Assembly: GCA_020853585.1 (NCBI GenBank)
Contig: JADYYQ010000135.1
Location: forward strand, 16,691-80,690
DNA: 64,000 nucleotides
DNA from: Ottowia sp.
GTDB lineage: Bacteria; Pseudomonadota; Gammaproteobacteria; Burkholderiales; Burkholderiaceae
Direction: 5' to 3'
Below are positions 10,005-23,070 of this stretch, one piece after another. Under the pieces are notes generated by a model. It was not told the DNA's origin. It did no database searches and was given only the letters and a program-made list of their open reading frames with translations. Made by a program: the position numbers and the translations under genes. Positions within the stretch are counted from its first letter, which is position 1, and each line of letters begins with the position of its first letter.

Positions 10005-12071
10005 TTACTCCCCTGTGGACACGCGTGGATGCGCTTGCTTACGTAAGCTAGATAATGCCTGGACCAGCATCACGGCAGGATCAACAACATCAGCAGATTT
10101 TGGTTTATCAATCTGCGGTGGCGCACTGGCTAACAATTTGTTCTTTTCATTTGCTGTCATTAAAGGCGGCACATTACTTGGCCAAGTACCTTCTAACATG
10201 TAATCCAATACTTGACGTGCAATCGGCGCAGCAGCTTGCGCACCAAAGCCGTTATTTTCAACAACCAATGCAAAAGCAATCTTGGGCTTGTCCGCAGGCG
10301 CAAACCCAATAAATAAAGCGTTATCCCGTAAATGTTCTTGGGTTTTTCCGGCATGATATTTCTGCCCTTGCGCAATACTAAACAGCTGAGCCGTACCCGT
10401 TTTGCCTGCTGAAATATATTTTGCACCCGTAAACGCACGCGCACCCGTTCCCTCTTTGTTTACCCCAACCATCGCTTGGTGAATCAAATCAATATGTGCG
10501 GGCAAAAGAGGAATGCGATAGCTCTCTTTAGGTGTCGTCAATGTATGTGCACGTGTCACCGCATCTTCAATCACACGCACTACGTGAGGCTGCATCACCA
10601 CACCGCGGTTAGCCAGATTAGCGGTCGCTGCCGCCATCTGCAAAATCGTAAAACTGTTATAGCCCTGGCCAATACCCAACGAAATCGTTTCACCGGGATA
10701 CCATTTTTGTTGCTCAGCTTTACGATAAACGGCCCGTTTCCATTCAGGGGAAGGCAATACACCCCGCGCTTCGCCGATAATATCAATCCCGGTGATCTGA
10801 CCAAATCCAAAGGGCTTCATAAAATCATGCATTGCACTTACGCCCAAATCACGCGCCAAAATATAGTAGTAGGTGTCGCAAGATTGCACGATTGATCTAT
10901 ACATATCGACAATGCCATGACCGCCCACTTTGTCATCACGAAACTGGTGGTTACCAAACATAAAGTAACCGGGATCGGCAATGGATTGCTCGGGCGTCCG
11001 TTTACCTGTGCTTAAAGCAGCTAAGGCCATAAACGGTTTATAAGTCGAGCCGGGTGAATAAGTACCTTTCAGCGGACGATTAAATAAAGGTTTACTCGGC
11101 GCCTCATTAAGTGATTTCCACGTCTCTGAGTCGATTCCCTCAACAAATAAATTAGGATCAAAAGTAGGTTTGGACACAAAAGCAAGTACATCGCCCGTCG
11201 CCGGTTCAATCGCAACAAAAGCGCCCCGACGATCACCAAATAAATGCTCGACTAAATATTGAAGGCGCGCATCCAGCGAAAGAATCAAATTGTCACCCGG
11301 CGTAGCGGGTGTACTAGACAGAGCACGCACTGCACGGCCGCCGGCACTTACCTCTACTTCCTCAAAACCAGTAATGCCATGCAAGGTTGTTTCGTAACTT
11401 TGCTCAACACCCACTTTACCCACGTAGTCGGTACCACGATAGTTGGCGATATCTATCCGTGAATCGAAATCTTGGCCACGCTCATCATTCACGTCACTTG
11501 CGTCTTCTAAACGCTCACGATCACTCACCGACATGCGCCCAATATAGCCCACCACATGCGAAGCAAGCTCGCCTAACGGATACTGGCGAAACAAGCGCGC
11601 ACGAATCTCCACCCCAGCAAAACGGTAACGTTGTGCGGCAAATCGCGCGACCTCTTCATCGGACAATAATGTGCGAATAGGTAAAGTCTCAAAATTTTTC
11701 GACTCATCCAATTGCTTTTTAAAACGCTTTCGATCACGTGGATAAATTTCAACCACCTTGCCCAGCTCATTGATCAAGCTTTCTAAATCTTGACTGATTT
11801 TTGAAGGGTTAATCTCAAGGGTGTAAGCAGAATAATTTTGCGCTAGCACTACTGCATTGCGATCTAAAATTAATCCCCGATTAGGCACAATCGGCACAAT
11901 TGCAATACGATTGTCTTCAGCTGCCAACGCGTAGTGGTTATAACGTACGGCCTGCAACCAAAAAAAACGCACCAATAAAACAGCAAAGCAAATAAGCACC
12001 AGAGCGCCCGCAGCCGCGATCCGAAAACGGAATTGACTTAATGCTGCTTGTGCATCACGGAATTCACTCAT
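10005..12071 (-). CDS. mrdA: Penicillin-binding protein 2 (elongasome transpeptidase)
   Basis: 688 aa. N-terminal TM anchor, SxxK (GSTYKP) and KTGTA motifs, synteny with mreD and rodA. Confidence 0.9.
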   Translation of the reverse strand: MSEFRDAQAALSQFRFRIAAAGALVLICFAVLLVRFFWLQAVRYNHYALAAEDNRIAIVPIVPNRGLILDRNAVVLAQNYSAYTLEINPSKISQDLESLINELGKVVEIYPRDRKRFKKQLDESKNFETLPIRTLLSDEEVARFAAQRYRFAGVEIRARLFRQYPLGELASHVVGYIGRMSVSDRERLEDASDVNDERGQDFDSRIDIANYRGTDYVGKVGVEQSYETTLHGITGFEEVEVSAGGRAVRALSSTPATPGDNLILSLDARLQYLVEHLFGDRRGAFVAIEPATGDVLAFVSKPTFDPNLFVEGIDSETWKSLNEAPSKPLFNRPLKGTYSPGSTYKPFMALAALSTGKRTPEQSIADPGYFMFGNHQFRDDKVGGHGIVDMYRSIVQSCDTYYYILARDLGVSAMHDFMKPFGFGQITGIDIIGEARGVLPSPEWKRAVYRKAEQQKWYPGETISLGIGQGYNSFTILQMAAATANLANRGVVMQPHVVRVIEDAVTRAHTLTTPKESYRIPLLPAHIDLIHQAMVGVNKEGTGARAFTGAKYISAGKTGTAQLFSIAQGQKYHAGKTQEHLRDNALFIGFAPADKPKIAFALVVENNGFGAQAAAPIARQVLDYMLEGTWPSNVPPLMTANEKNKLLASAPPQIDKPKSADVVDPAVMLVQALSSLRKQAHPRVSTGE

Positions 12072-12105
12072 TGCGATTTATCGCTAGTCATTTAAACAAT
12101 GACGC

Positions 12106-12618
12106 TTAAATAGGTCGATTAGTATCAACGTGATCGGGGCGGCGTTGCGGCATCAATAACAAAGCACTGATTAATGGCCACAAAGCACTGCCAACCAACA
12201 CGGGCATAAAATACGTCCAGCCAGGATAACGCGCACCCAAAAAAGCATGTAAACACAGCAATAGCAATTTCATTGCCATTAGTAGCAAAAACACGTGCAC
12301 TATCGGCCCAAAACTTGCCATACCTAGCACACGCCGATGAATCGTTGCTGAAAAATAAGCTAGAAATGTATAGCCTAAGGCTTGCTCACCAAGTAATGCG
12401 CCATTGTGCACATCCATTAGCAGGCCACAAAAAAAAGCGACCCCTAAACCCACTTTTTGTGGCTGATGCAAACTCCAAAATATCAATATCAAACTTAATA
12501 AATCAGGAGCCCAACTTGATCCCCCCCAAGGAAGCAAATTAAATAAGAGTCCTAAAAAAAGACTGAACGCAATAAAGTAAGGGTTAACAGGGCGGAGTAA
12601 ATAATGTGTAACGGCCAT
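12106..12618 (-). CDS. mreD: Rod shape-determining protein MreD
   Basis: 170-aa hydrophobic ORF between mreC and mrdA. Confidence 0.8.
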   Translation of the reverse strand: MAVTHYLLRPVNPYFIAFSLFLGLLFNLLPWGGSSWAPDLLSLILIFWSLHQPQKVGLGVAFFCGLLMDVHNGALLGEQALGYTFLAYFSATIHRRVLGMASFGPIVHVFLLLMAMKLLLLCLHAFLGARYPGWTYFMPVLVGSALWPLISALLLMPQRRPDHVDTNRPI

Positions 12619-12624
12619 ATAAAT

Positions 12625-13548
12625 TTAGCCCACTCGTGGCATAGGAAGAAGGCGTCCCTTACGATCCCGCATCGGCTGCTCCTGCTCAACCGGGGGCGCT
12701 TCAGGCAAAGTTAGCCCTTCGCCCAATACCATAACTTGCCGGTAATGATGTAGTCGTGCAAGCGGCATGCACAGCGCCAAGGCAAATGCCGTGTTCGCTT
12801 TTCCGCGCGCCTCCATTTGCACTAAAGTAGCCACGGGCAAACCCGGCGGGTAAACACCATCCAAACCCGATGTCACTAACACATCCCCTGCCTGCAAATC
12901 CGCACCCGCTGCGACAAAACGCAATTCAAGGTAACCTGGCTGAGCCGCACCCGACACCAGTGCACGCAAGCCTGTGCGAACAATTTGTACGGGCACCGAC
13001 AACTGTTTGTCGGTCAATAAGGTCACTTCCGCTTGTAACGGAAAAACACGCGTCACCTGACCAATCAAGCCACGCTCATCAAGCACCGGCAGCGATGGTC
13101 GTACACCATGTTGCGCGCCCCGATCAATAATAATTTTACGAGAATAAGCGTCGCGTGTTTCATACTGCACTTCAGCCGCCACCATACGTAAAGGACTATG
13201 CTGGGTCAGCTCTAATAGCGTGCGCAAGCGTGCATTCTCAGCCGTAAGCAAAGCGTACCGCAGCATTTTCTCTTCTTGCGCGCTGGCTTGTGTACGCAAC
13301 ACTCCATTGTCATGCCGCAACGTACTCAAAGTCGAAAAATAGCCGGTCACCGCATAAAAAGCATCACGCGGTAACACCGCAACTTGCCGCAAAGGATAAA
13401 GCACCGTCGAGATAACAGCACGCACGGTATGAAGCGCCTGCACTTGCGCATCAAATATCAATAAAGTAAGTGCACAGACTAAACATAGAAAAAGTCTGAC
13501 GAGGGCCGGAACCCCTCGTTTAAATAACGGCCGTAGCGAGCGATCCAT
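12625..13548 (-). CDS. mreC: Rod shape-determining protein MreC
   Basis: 307 aa. N-terminal TM, coiled-coil region, then beta-rich domain. Directly downstream of mreB. Confidence 0.85.
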   Translation of the reverse strand: MDRSLRPLFKRGVPALVRLFLCLVCALTLLIFDAQVQALHTVRAVISTVLYPLRQVAVLPRDAFYAVTGYFSTLSTLRHDNGVLRTQASAQEEKMLRYALLTAENARLRTLLELTQHSPLRMVAAEVQYETRDAYSRKIIIDRGAQHGVRPSLPVLDERGLIGQVTRVFPLQAEVTLLTDKQLSVPVQIVRTGLRALVSGAAQPGYLELRFVAAGADLQAGDVLVTSGLDGVYPPGLPVATLVQMEARGKANTAFALALCMPLARLHHYRQVMVLGEGLTLPEAPPVEQEQPMRDRKGRLLPMPRVG

Positions 13549-13581
13549 AAGGTGGTATGCCGCCTAGTGTGGTCGTGCGTT

Positions 13582-14679
<1,098 letters not shown>

Positions 14680-14848
14680 TCATGATACCTTATAATGCCG
14701 CGCTAGCGTTTGCTTCGCAGTCCCAAAAACTCACCATAAACAACGAAAGACTTTTTCAATAACACAGAAAGACGTGCTGCCAACCGCAAACTGTCTTTTG
14801 CATCTACGTGAATTTTTCTTTACTGACGCACACTTGTGCATTTTAGCC

Positions 14849-15157
14849 ATGACGCTTAAACCATCCGATATTACCGCGCTTGCACGTTTATCGCGCATTG
14901 CAATTACCCCTCAAGAAAATGCGCAAGCACTTGAGCAAATCAATCATTTTTTTACCCTTGTAGAACAGATCCAAGCTGTTGACACGCAAGGTGTTACTGC
15001 ACTATCACACCCGATCGCAACGCGCCATACACTCACGCAGCGACTCCGTGATGATGCCGTTACCGAACCCACCACACTCACTACGCGAGTGGGATATCAA
15101 GTGAACGCACCTAAAACAGAAGATGGTCTTTATCTCGTACCCAGGGTAGTGGAATAA
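14849..15157 (+). CDS. gatC: Asp/Glu-tRNA amidotransferase subunit C
   Basis: 102-aa ORF starting [19 protein letters not shown], immediately upstream of gatA (TAATG junction). Confidence 0.85.
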   Translation: MTLKPSDITALARLSRIAITPQENAQALEQINHFFTLVEQIQAVDTQGVTALSHPIATRHTLTQRLRDDAVTEPTTLTTRVGYQVNAPKTEDGLYLVPRVVE

Positions 15158-16647
15158 TGCACAACACAACACTCACTGAGCTGTGCACTGCGCTCACAAA
15201 TAAAAAGATTTCTAGCGTCGAACTTACGCAACATTATCTTGCTCGCATTGATGCAGCCAAATCATTAAATGCCGTATTGCACGTGGATGAAGAACTCAGC
15301 ATGGCGCAAGCACATCGCGCTGATGCGCTTCGTGCACAGGGTAATGCCGGCTCACTATGTGGCATCCCGCTATTACATAAAGATGTATTTGTTACACGCC
15401 ATTGGCGTACCACGGCGGGCTCGCGCATGCTCGCTCACTACATCAGTCCATTTGATGCAACAGTGGTCAGCCGCTTAGGCGAGGGTGGCGCAAATATGGT
15501 GTGCTTAGGCAAAACAAATATGGATGAATTCGCAATGGGCTCATCCACAGAAAACTCTTATTTTGGTATCACACGTAATCCTTGGGATCCACAACGGGTG
15601 CCAGGAGGATCATCAGGCGGATCGGCTGCCGCTATTGCGCAACGCTTAGCGCCTGCTGCTACAGGTACCGATACCGGCGGATCCATTCGCCAACCTGCAG
15701 CACTATGCGGCATTACCGGCATTAAATCCACCTATGGTCGTGTGTCGCGTTTTGGCATGATCGCCTTCGCATCCTCCCTGGATCAAGCAGGGCCCATGGC
15801 TGCAAGTGCGCAAGATTGTGCATTGCTACTTAACGCAATGGCAGGTTTTGACGATAAAGATGCAACATGTGTTGAGCGCCCAAGCGAAGACTACACACAG
15901 CACCTTAATCAACCATTACCCAATGCCTCCCACGCGCAACCATTACTCGGTCTACGTATTGGTCTACCCAAAGAATATTTTGGTGAAGGGCTCGCAAGCA
16001 ATGTACGTAGCGCTATTGAAACTGCACTCACACAATTACGTCATTTGGGCGCGGTGACTATTGAAGTATCGCTCCCCAAAACAGCGCTGTCTATTCCGGT
16101 GTATTACTTGATCGCTCCCGCTGAAGCATCGAGCAATTTATCGCGCTTTGATGGTGTACGTTATGGACATCGCGCGCATACATACCAAGACCTTAACGAG
16201 ATGTACGAACAGACACGTGCAGAAGGTTTTGGTTGGGAAGTTAAGCGCCGCATTCTGGTGGGCGCTTATGTTTTATCGCATGGCTATTACGATGCCTATT
16301 ATTTACAAGCACAAAAAATTCGTCGCATGATTGCCGATGATTTTCAGCAAGCGTTTACGCAATGCGATGTCATCATGGGTCCCGTTACCCCTTCTACCGC
16401 GTGGAAGCTTGGCGAAAAAACAACCGACCCGGTACAAATGTACCTAGAAGATATTTATACCTTATCAACTAGTTTAGCTGGCCTACCCGGCATGAGCGTG
16501 CCCTGTGGTTTAAGCAAAGATAATTTGCCCATTGGCTTGCAAATCATTGGCAATCATTTCGATGAAGCACGCATGTTACAAATCGCGCATGCATTTCAAC
16601 AAACAACCGATTGGCACCGCCAAACCCCCGACGGAGTACGTTCATGA
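15157..16647 (+). CDS. gatA: Asp/Glu-tRNA amidotransferase subunit A
   Basis: 496 aa. Amidase signature [10 protein letters not shown]. gatCAB order. Confidence 0.95.
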   Translation: MHNTTLTELCTALTNKKISSVELTQHYLARIDAAKSLNAVLHVDEELSMAQAHRADALRAQGNAGSLCGIPLLHKDVFVTRHWRTTAGSRMLAHYISPFDATVVSRLGEGGANMVCLGKTNMDEFAMGSSTENSYFGITRNPWDPQRVPGGSSGGSAAAIAQRLAPAATGTDTGGSIRQPAALCGITGIKSTYGRVSRFGMIAFASSLDQAGPMAASAQDCALLLNAMAGFDDKDATCVERPSEDYTQHLNQPLPNASHAQPLLGLRIGLPKEYFGEGLASNVRSAIETALTQLRHLGAVTIEVSLPKTALSIPVYYLIAPAEASSNLSRFDGVRYGHRAHTYQDLNEMYEQTRAEGFGWEVKRRILVGAYVLSHGYYDAYYLQAQKIRRMIADDFQQAFTQCDVIMGPVTPSTAWKLGEKTTDPVQMYLEDIYTLSTSLAGLPGMSVPCGLSKDNLPIGLQIIGNHFDEARMLQIAHAFQQTTDWHRQTPDGVRS

Positions 16648-18128
16648 TGCATCCATCATGGGAGGTCGTTATTGGGCTGGAAACCCATGCTCAGCTGCGC
16701 ACCTCTTCAAAATTATTTTCTGGCAGCGCAACGCGTTTTGGCGCGCAAGCAAACACACAAGCAAGTGCTATTGATTTGGCTCTACCCGGTGTGCTGCCCA
16801 TGCTTAACCGAGCAGCCGTTGAACATGCCATCACGTTAGGCTTAGCGCTTAACGCAACGGTTGCTACCCATAGTGTGTTTGCGCGTAAAAATTATTTTTA
16901 CCCAGACTTACCCAAAGGCTATCAAATTAGTCAGTTTGAGCTCCCTGTTGTCGCCGGCGGGCAACTGATTATTCAGGTCGAAGATAAAACCGACACCTAT
17001 GAAAAAGTGGTTCATCTAACGCGCGCGCATCTTGAAGAAGATGCCGGCAAATCGTTGCATGAGGATTACCACGGCATGAGCGGGATCGATCTTAATCGTG
17101 CCGGCACACCGCTACTCGAAATTGTCAGCGAACCCGAAATGACCAGCGCGCGCGAAGCCGTCGCTTATGCAAAAACATTGCACCATCTTTTAATGTGGCT
17201 AGGTATTTGTGATGGCAATATGCAAGAAGGTTCTTTTCGCTGCGATGCCAATGTGTCAGTGCGGCCCAAAGAGCAGCAAACCTTAGGCACACGTTGTGAA
17301 ATTAAAAATCTCAATTCTTTTCGCTTTTTAGAAGAAGCGATTCTTTATGAGATTCATCGTCAAATCACGTTGATTGAAGATGGCGGCAAAGTCACTCAAG
17401 AAACGCGGCTCTATGATCCCGATCGCAAAGAAACACGCAGTATGCGCAGCAAAGAAGATGCACATGACTATCGCTATTTTCCAGATCCCGATCTCCTGCC
17501 TTTAGTCATTGATGCATCGTGGATTGAGCGAGTGCGTCAACAGATGCCCACCTTGCCTAACGATTTACGCACACACTTTATCGATAACTTTGGGCTATCT
17601 ATTTACGATGCCACGCTGCTGACACAGAGCCACACCATGGCGCAGTATTTTGAACAAACCATGGCCGTCACAGCAACCGATAGTGCGCATACGCTATTAG
17701 CAAAACCTACCGCTAATTGGATTATTGGCGAGCTCGCCGCGGCACTTCGCCGCGACAACCTTGACTTTCCACAATCGCCTATCAGGCCCACGCAACTATC
17801 GACACTTATCCAACGCATTGTCGACAACACGCTATCAAATAAAACAGCGAAAGAAGTATTTACAGCGATGTGGCATACAACAGTGGACAATCAGGAAACC
17901 GTTGATCAGATTATCGAAAAATTAGGTCTACAACAAATATCTGACATCACCGCGCTTGACGAATTAATTACTACGGTCCTAGCAAACAATCCACAATCCG
18001 TCGCTGAATTTCGTGCGGGCAAAGAAAAAGCATTTAACGCACTGGTTGGGCAAGTGATGAAGCTAAGTAAAGGCAAAGCCAATCCCCAACATATTCATGA
18101 TTTACTGCGCAAAAAACTACAACCCTAA
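16644..18128 (+). CDS. gatB: Asp/Glu-tRNA amidotransferase subunit B
   Basis: Starts [22 protein letters not shown] overlap with the gatA stop. Confidence 0.95.
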   Translation: MMHPSWEVVIGLETHAQLRTSSKLFSGSATRFGAQANTQASAIDLALPGVLPMLNRAAVEHAITLGLALNATVATHSVFARKNYFYPDLPKGYQISQFELPVVAGGQLIIQVEDKTDTYEKVVHLTRAHLEEDAGKSLHEDYHGMSGIDLNRAGTPLLEIVSEPEMTSAREAVAYAKTLHHLLMWLGICDGNMQEGSFRCDANVSVRPKEQQTLGTRCEIKNLNSFRFLEEAILYEIHRQITLIEDGGKVTQETRLYDPDRKETRSMRSKEDAHDYRYFPDPDLLPLVIDASWIERVRQQMPTLPNDLRTHFIDNFGLSIYDATLLTQSHTMAQYFEQTMAVTATDSAHTLLAKPTANWIIGELAAALRRDNLDFPQSPIRPTQLSTLIQRIVDNTLSNKTAKEVFTAMWHTTVDNQETVDQIIEKLGLQQISDITALDELITTVLANNPQSVAEFRAGKEKAFNALVGQVMKLSKGKANPQHIHDLLRKKLQP

Positions 18129-18301
18129 CGCGCACGCCGAAAAAGGGCATGTGATTTCAATCCATAAGGCAAGCAACAGGCCTTCAACGAAAATTGCATG
18201 TCCCAAAAAACGCTCACAGCGACGTGTAATCTGCATCACAAAACCAAGCACTCACCCCTTACAATAACCGTAGCACCCACACACGCCACCCAACAAATAA
18301 G

Positions 18302-18991
18302 GTGAATGAGATGAGCGCAACAATCGATGATCAATATATTGCACATTGGCTACTGGGCAACCCGGATTTTTTTGTCCGCCAAGCTGAGCTATTGACTAAC
18401 ATCAATATCACTAGCCCTTATCATCATCGCGCTATCTCTCTACAAGAGAGACAACTTGAAGTGATGCGTGAAAAAAACCGCGGCCTTGAGTTACGTCTTA
18501 CGGAGCTACAACGTCATGCAAAAGAAAATGATCACACGCTTAGCCGACTGCATCAACTTGCTACCGCACTGTTGCGCCAGCCCTATCCGGGTACCGAGCT
18601 GATCTGCCAACTTCTGTGCCAAATATTTGATTTACCCTGCGTCGTATTGCGCCAATGGACTGATACAACACAGACAACTACGATCAGCTTTCAGCAACAA
18701 ATCGACGCGCTCATCACGCCCCTTTGCGGAACCGAAACCAATCCCTTATGCAACGAAGTCCGTGCTTGGTTAGCGCCTCATCCTATTGCGTCAATTGCAC
18801 TTATTCCCTTACGCACATGGACAGCCACGCGTTTATCGCCACACGATACGCATCATACTCAACCACACACTGCTGGCATATTAGTACTCGGGGATAACGA
18901 CGCACAACGCTTTAACGCACATATCGGCACAACCTATCTTGAACAAATCGGCGCACTTATTAGTGCAGCACTCGCACGCAGTGATGTCTGA
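18302..18991 (+). CDS. DUF484 (YigA-like) protein
   Basis: 229-aa ORF overlapping the start of xerC, as in the yigA-xerC arrangement of proteobacteria. The start may be the ATG at 18311. Confidence 0.6.
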   Translation: MNEMSATIDDQYIAHWLLGNPDFFVRQAELLTNINITSPYHHRAISLQERQLEVMREKNRGLELRLTELQRHAKENDHTLSRLHQLATALLRQPYPGTELICQLLCQIFDLPCVVLRQWTDTTQTTTISFQQQIDALITPLCGTETNPLCNEVRAWLAPHPIASIALIPLRTWTATRLSPHDTHHTQPHTAGILVLGDNDAQRFNAHIGTTYLEQIGALISAALARSDV

Positions 18992-19952
18992 AAAATACCG
19001 CGACATCACGCTTGATCCGCTCACGCAGCGCTATCTCGATATGCTATGCCACGAACGCAAGCTCTCTCCACATACGCTCGCTGCCTATCGTCGTGATCTT
19101 GTGCAGTTACAAAGTTTAGCGACACACACGCCTTTACTTACATTGTCACAACACCAGATTCGTTTATTCACGACACAACTTCATAGCAAAGGACTCGCCC
19201 CACCAAGTATTGCCCGCATACTCTCAACATGGCGAGGATTTTACACATGGCTGGGTGAGCAAAATACTACGTTGCCGATCAATCCCGTCATAGGTATCCG
19301 CGCACCTCGTCACACGAAACGCTTACCCAAAGCCCTCTCTGTCGAGCATGCGGTTGCCTTAGCCGAACATATCGAAATCGGTATTGCCGGCGTAAGAGAC
19401 CATGCGATCTGCGAACTCTTTTATTCATCTGGCCTACGTCTTTCTGAACTCGTGCAACTAGACTGGCGCTATTTTTCTCTCGATGGTTATCAATCACGTG
19501 GCTGGCTTGATCTTGAAAGCAAGCAAGTTACGATTTTAGGTAAAGGCAATAAACAACGCACCGTACCCGTCGGAAGCCGCGCATGCATCGCTTTATATGA
19601 CTGGCTAAAAGTACGACCACAAATCAGCAAACATGCGCCCGATCCTTATGCGCTTTTTTTATCTCCCCGTGGTGGGCGTATCCATCACCATATGGTCTAC
19701 TTGCGTATCAAAGCATTAGCACGCGCTGCGGGCATCCCCGCAGATGTACACCCTCATGTATTACGCCACTCGTTTGCAAGCCATATCCTGCAATCTTCTG
19801 GGGATTTACGTGCAGTACAAGATTTGTTAGGTCACGCCAGCATCGTCAGTACGCAAATCTATACTGCCCTCGACTTTCAGCATTTATCTCACGTTTACGA
19901 TGCAGCCCATCCACGTGCACACCGTAAAACCTCTTCAAAAAAGAAAATATGA
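18984..19952 (+). CDS. xerC: Tyrosine recombinase XerC
   Basis: C-terminal catalytic motifs HVLRHSFASHIL and LLGHASIVSTQIYT. Synteny with the DUF484 gene. Confidence 0.85.
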   Translation: MSEKYRDITLDPLTQRYLDMLCHERKLSPHTLAAYRRDLVQLQSLATHTPLLTLSQHQIRLFTTQLHSKGLAPPSIARILSTWRGFYTWLGEQNTTLPINPVIGIRAPRHTKRLPKALSVEHAVALAEHIEIGIAGVRDHAICELFYSSGLRLSELVQLDWRYFSLDGYQSRGWLDLESKQVTILGKGNKQRTVPVGSRACIALYDWLKVRPQISKHAPDPYALFLSPRGGRIHHHMVYLRIKALARAAGIPADVHPHVLRHSFASHILQSSGDLRAVQDLLGHASIVSTQIYTALDFQHLSHVYDAAHPRAHRKTSSKKKI

Positions 19953-21130
19953 ACGCCCTTATTCTTAAACCTGGCAAAGAACATGCTTTGCTACACCGCC
20001 ATCCATGGGTCTTTGCCAATGCCATCAGTCGTATTGAAGGTCCATGTGCCCCGGGTGCAACCATACAAATACTTTCCTACAATCGTCGCTTTCTTGCTCG
20101 GGCTGCGTTTAGTCCCACCTCACAAATTCGCGCACGCGTATGGAGTTTTGATGAAACTGAGCCGATTGATCATGCTTTATTTAAGCGCCGCATTGCTCGT
20201 GCCATCGCACACCGCCGCCAGTGGATCAAACAAACCGATGCTTCTCGCCTTATCTTTGGTGAAGCTGATGGCCTACCAGGATTGGTCGTTGATCAATACG
20301 CCCAACAATTGGTCTGCCAATTTACCGCAGTCGGCGTAGAACACTGGAAAGAAGCAATTGTCGCTGCGCTACAAAAAGAAACAGGTTGCACCGATATCTA
20401 TGAACGCTCGGATGCTGCTATCCGTACACGTGAAGGCCTACCGCTACGCACCGGTGTACTTTCTGGCGCTGAACCGAATGCGCCCATTGCGATCTTAGAA
20501 AACGGCGTGCGTTATCACGTCGATATTCAATCGGGCCACAAAACCGGCTTCTATTTAGATCAACGTGATAACCGTTTACTCGTACAACAGCTGGCTCATC
20601 AACGTGAAGTACTCAATTGTTTTTGCTATACCGGCGGCTTTTCTCTTGCTGCACTTAAGGGGGGCGCAACACACGTATTATCGGTTGACTCATCAGCACA
20701 AGCGCTCTCCATGGCACAACAGCATGTCACGCTCAATGGCTTTGAGCCTACGCGCGCCGAATGGCGCGATGCGGATGCATTTAAAACATTGCGGGATTTG
20801 CAAAGCGAAGGCCGTCAGTTTGATTTAATTGTGCTGGATCCGCCTAAGTTTGCGCCCTCCACACAACATCTTGCATCGGCCGCACGCGCTTACAAAGAAA
20901 TTAATCGTGTTGGCTTACAGCTACTTCGCCCTAACGGATTGCTGTTTAGCTACTCTTGCTCAGGAGCAGTAAGCGCCGCATGCTTTCAAGATATTGTGAG
21001 CGATGCCGCTTTAGACGCCAATGCCGACATACGCATTCTCAAACGTCTATCGGCCGGTGCAGATCACCCGCAATTGGCACGTTTTCCAGAAGGAGAATAC
21101 CTTAAAGGTTTATTGGTAGAAAAAATTTAA
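19949..21130 (+). CDS. rlmI: Class I SAM-dependent rRNA methyltransferase, RlmI-like (PUA plus MTase)
   Basis: 393 aa. Size and layout match RlmI. SAM-binding region VLNCFCYTGGFSLAA. ATGA overlap with the xerC stop. Confidence 0.65.
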   Translation: MNALILKPGKEHALLHRHPWVFANAISRIEGPCAPGATIQILSYNRRFLARAAFSPTSQIRARVWSFDETEPIDHALFKRRIARAIAHRRQWIKQTDASRLIFGEADGLPGLVVDQYAQQLVCQFTAVGVEHWKEAIVAALQKETGCTDIYERSDAAIRTREGLPLRTGVLSGAEPNAPIAILENGVRYHVDIQSGHKTGFYLDQRDNRLLVQQLAHQREVLNCFCYTGGFSLAALKGGATHVLSVDSSAQALSMAQQHVTLNGFEPTRAEWRDADAFKTLRDLQSEGRQFDLIVLDPPKFAPSTQHLASAARAYKEINRVGLQLLRPNGLLFSYSCSGAVSAACFQDIVSDAALDANADIRILKRLSAGADHPQLARFPEGEYLKGLLVEKI

Positions 21131-21142
21131 TCAAATAAAAAA

Positions 21143-21160
21143 GGGGAAGAAGTCTTCCCC
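21143..21160. terminator. Bidirectional hairpin terminator between convergent rlmI-like gene and rpoH
   Basis: GGGGAAG-AAGT-CTTCCCC. An A-run lies upstream on the plus strand, which gives a U-run when read from the rpoH side. Confidence 0.6.
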
Positions 21161-21182
21161 CATCACAGCTTGTGCTAACCCA

Positions 21183-22079
21183 TTAAGCGGGCAATACACC
21201 ACGCATTTTTTTCAACGCCACCGCTTCAATTTGGCGAATACGCTCAGCAGACACACCAAACTCTTCAGCCAAAGTCTGTAGTGTCGCGCCACCGCCCCCT
21301 TCATCAGATACCTCAAGCCAACGTGCTTGCACAATTCGGCGGCTACGCGCATCAAGACTAGCCAACGCTTGATCTAAGCCCCCTCCATGCAATTGATCAC
21401 GTGCCTGCGATGTCATCACTTGCGTCGGCTCGTAACGCATATCAGCCAAATAAGCAATCGGCGCATAAGTCTGCTCGCCATCCTCTGTTTGCCCCTCTAG
21501 TGCAAACTCACTACCGGCTAAGCGCGCCTCCATTTCGGCAACATCCTCACGCTTAACATTTAAATTTTCTGCAACAGTATCAATCTCATTTTGAGTCAAG
21601 CTTTGTAGACCCGTCTTTTGGCTACGCAGATTAAAAAATAATTTACGCTGTGCCTTGGTCGTTGCTACTTTAACCATGCGCCAATTTTTAAGCACATATT
21701 CGTGAATTTCCGCTTTAATCCAATGGATGGCATAGGACACCAAACGCACACCCCGATCAGGATCAAAGCGTTTGATTGCTTTCATCAAACCGATATTGCC
21801 CTCTTGGATCAAATCGGCATGAGGCAATCCGTAGCCCAGATATTGGCGGGAAATAGATACCACTAATCGTAAGTGCGAGAGCACCAACGCACGCGCAGCG
21901 TCAACGTTATTGTTATCACGCAAAGCCTGTGCAAAACCTTTTTCTTCTTCATCGCTCAACATAGGCATACGATTAACCTTGTCGATGTAAGTATCAAGGC
22001 TACCCAGTCCGCCCACAGGCACCAACGTGCCTAGACCATCAAAACGATGTTGTTTAGTACTCGGTATTACCGCATTCAC
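21183..22079 (-). CDS. rpoH: RNA polymerase sigma-32 (heat-shock sigma factor)
   Basis: Contains the RpoH box QRKLFFNLR. Start reassigned to GTG at 22079, 7 nt downstream of an AAGGAG RBS. The N-terminus then reads VNAVIPSTKQ...LGSLDTYI. Confidence 0.9.
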   Translation of the reverse strand: MNAVIPSTKQHRFDGLGTLVPVGGLGSLDTYIDKVNRMPMLSDEEEKGFAQALRDNNNVDAARALVLSHLRLVVSISRQYLGYGLPHADLIQEGNIGLMKAIKRFDPDRGVRLVSYAIHWIKAEIHEYVLKNWRMVKVATTKAQRKLFFNLRSQKTGLQSLTQNEIDTVAENLNVKREDVAEMEARLAGSEFALEGQTEDGEQTYAPIAYLADMRYEPTQVMTSQARDQLHGGGLDQALASLDARSRRIVQARWLEVSDEGGGGATLQTLAEEFGVSAERIRQIEAVALKKMRGVLPA

Positions 22080-22453
22080 GGACAAACTCCTTATCAATGA
22101 CAGCCAACAATGGCTTGGGCAAGCCAATAGTAAGCGCCCAACACGGCACGCATTCACGCACCTCAATCCCTACAATAGCAACTTTAGCGTGGCTAAGCTT
22201 ATCAAAATACCGGCAAGCCCACCGCAACCTAGCTAAGTTTAGCCGCACTCTGCTAGGTTATTGGCTATTTTAGCACTCAATCAAAGGGAGTGCTAAGCAC
22301 ATCCGCACCCCTGACAAAAAACGGGGGAAGCAAATAATCCTGTAAAACAATAGGTAAATCACACACCTTGACCGAACCAACACGTTAAAATGCAAAACTG
22401 TTTAAAAAACAAAAAGCAAGAATCTCACACTATCACTGCTCATGAACACATAA

Positions 22454-22915
<462 letters not shown>

Positions 22916-23070
22916 ACCATACAGCATGCGCATATACATAATCAGTCTCTGTTAAACCATAAGTGAGCCTATGCTAAGACATTATCTCAGCAAAAAAACA
23001 CCTCCTTCATCGCCACGCCATTTATTTCTGAACCGAAATCGCGCGCGGGACACTCTCTTACCTCAGTTAT

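Noticed and set aside
22111-22126. 16-bp palindrome TGGCTTGGGCAAGCCA in the rpoH leader, and a 9-bp-stem hairpin TTAGCACTC...GAGTGCTAA further upstream
   Set aside because: These are plausibly rpoH leader or regulatory structure, but I cannot tie them to a known site or to a thermosensor fold without computation. This is too speculative to list as a feature.
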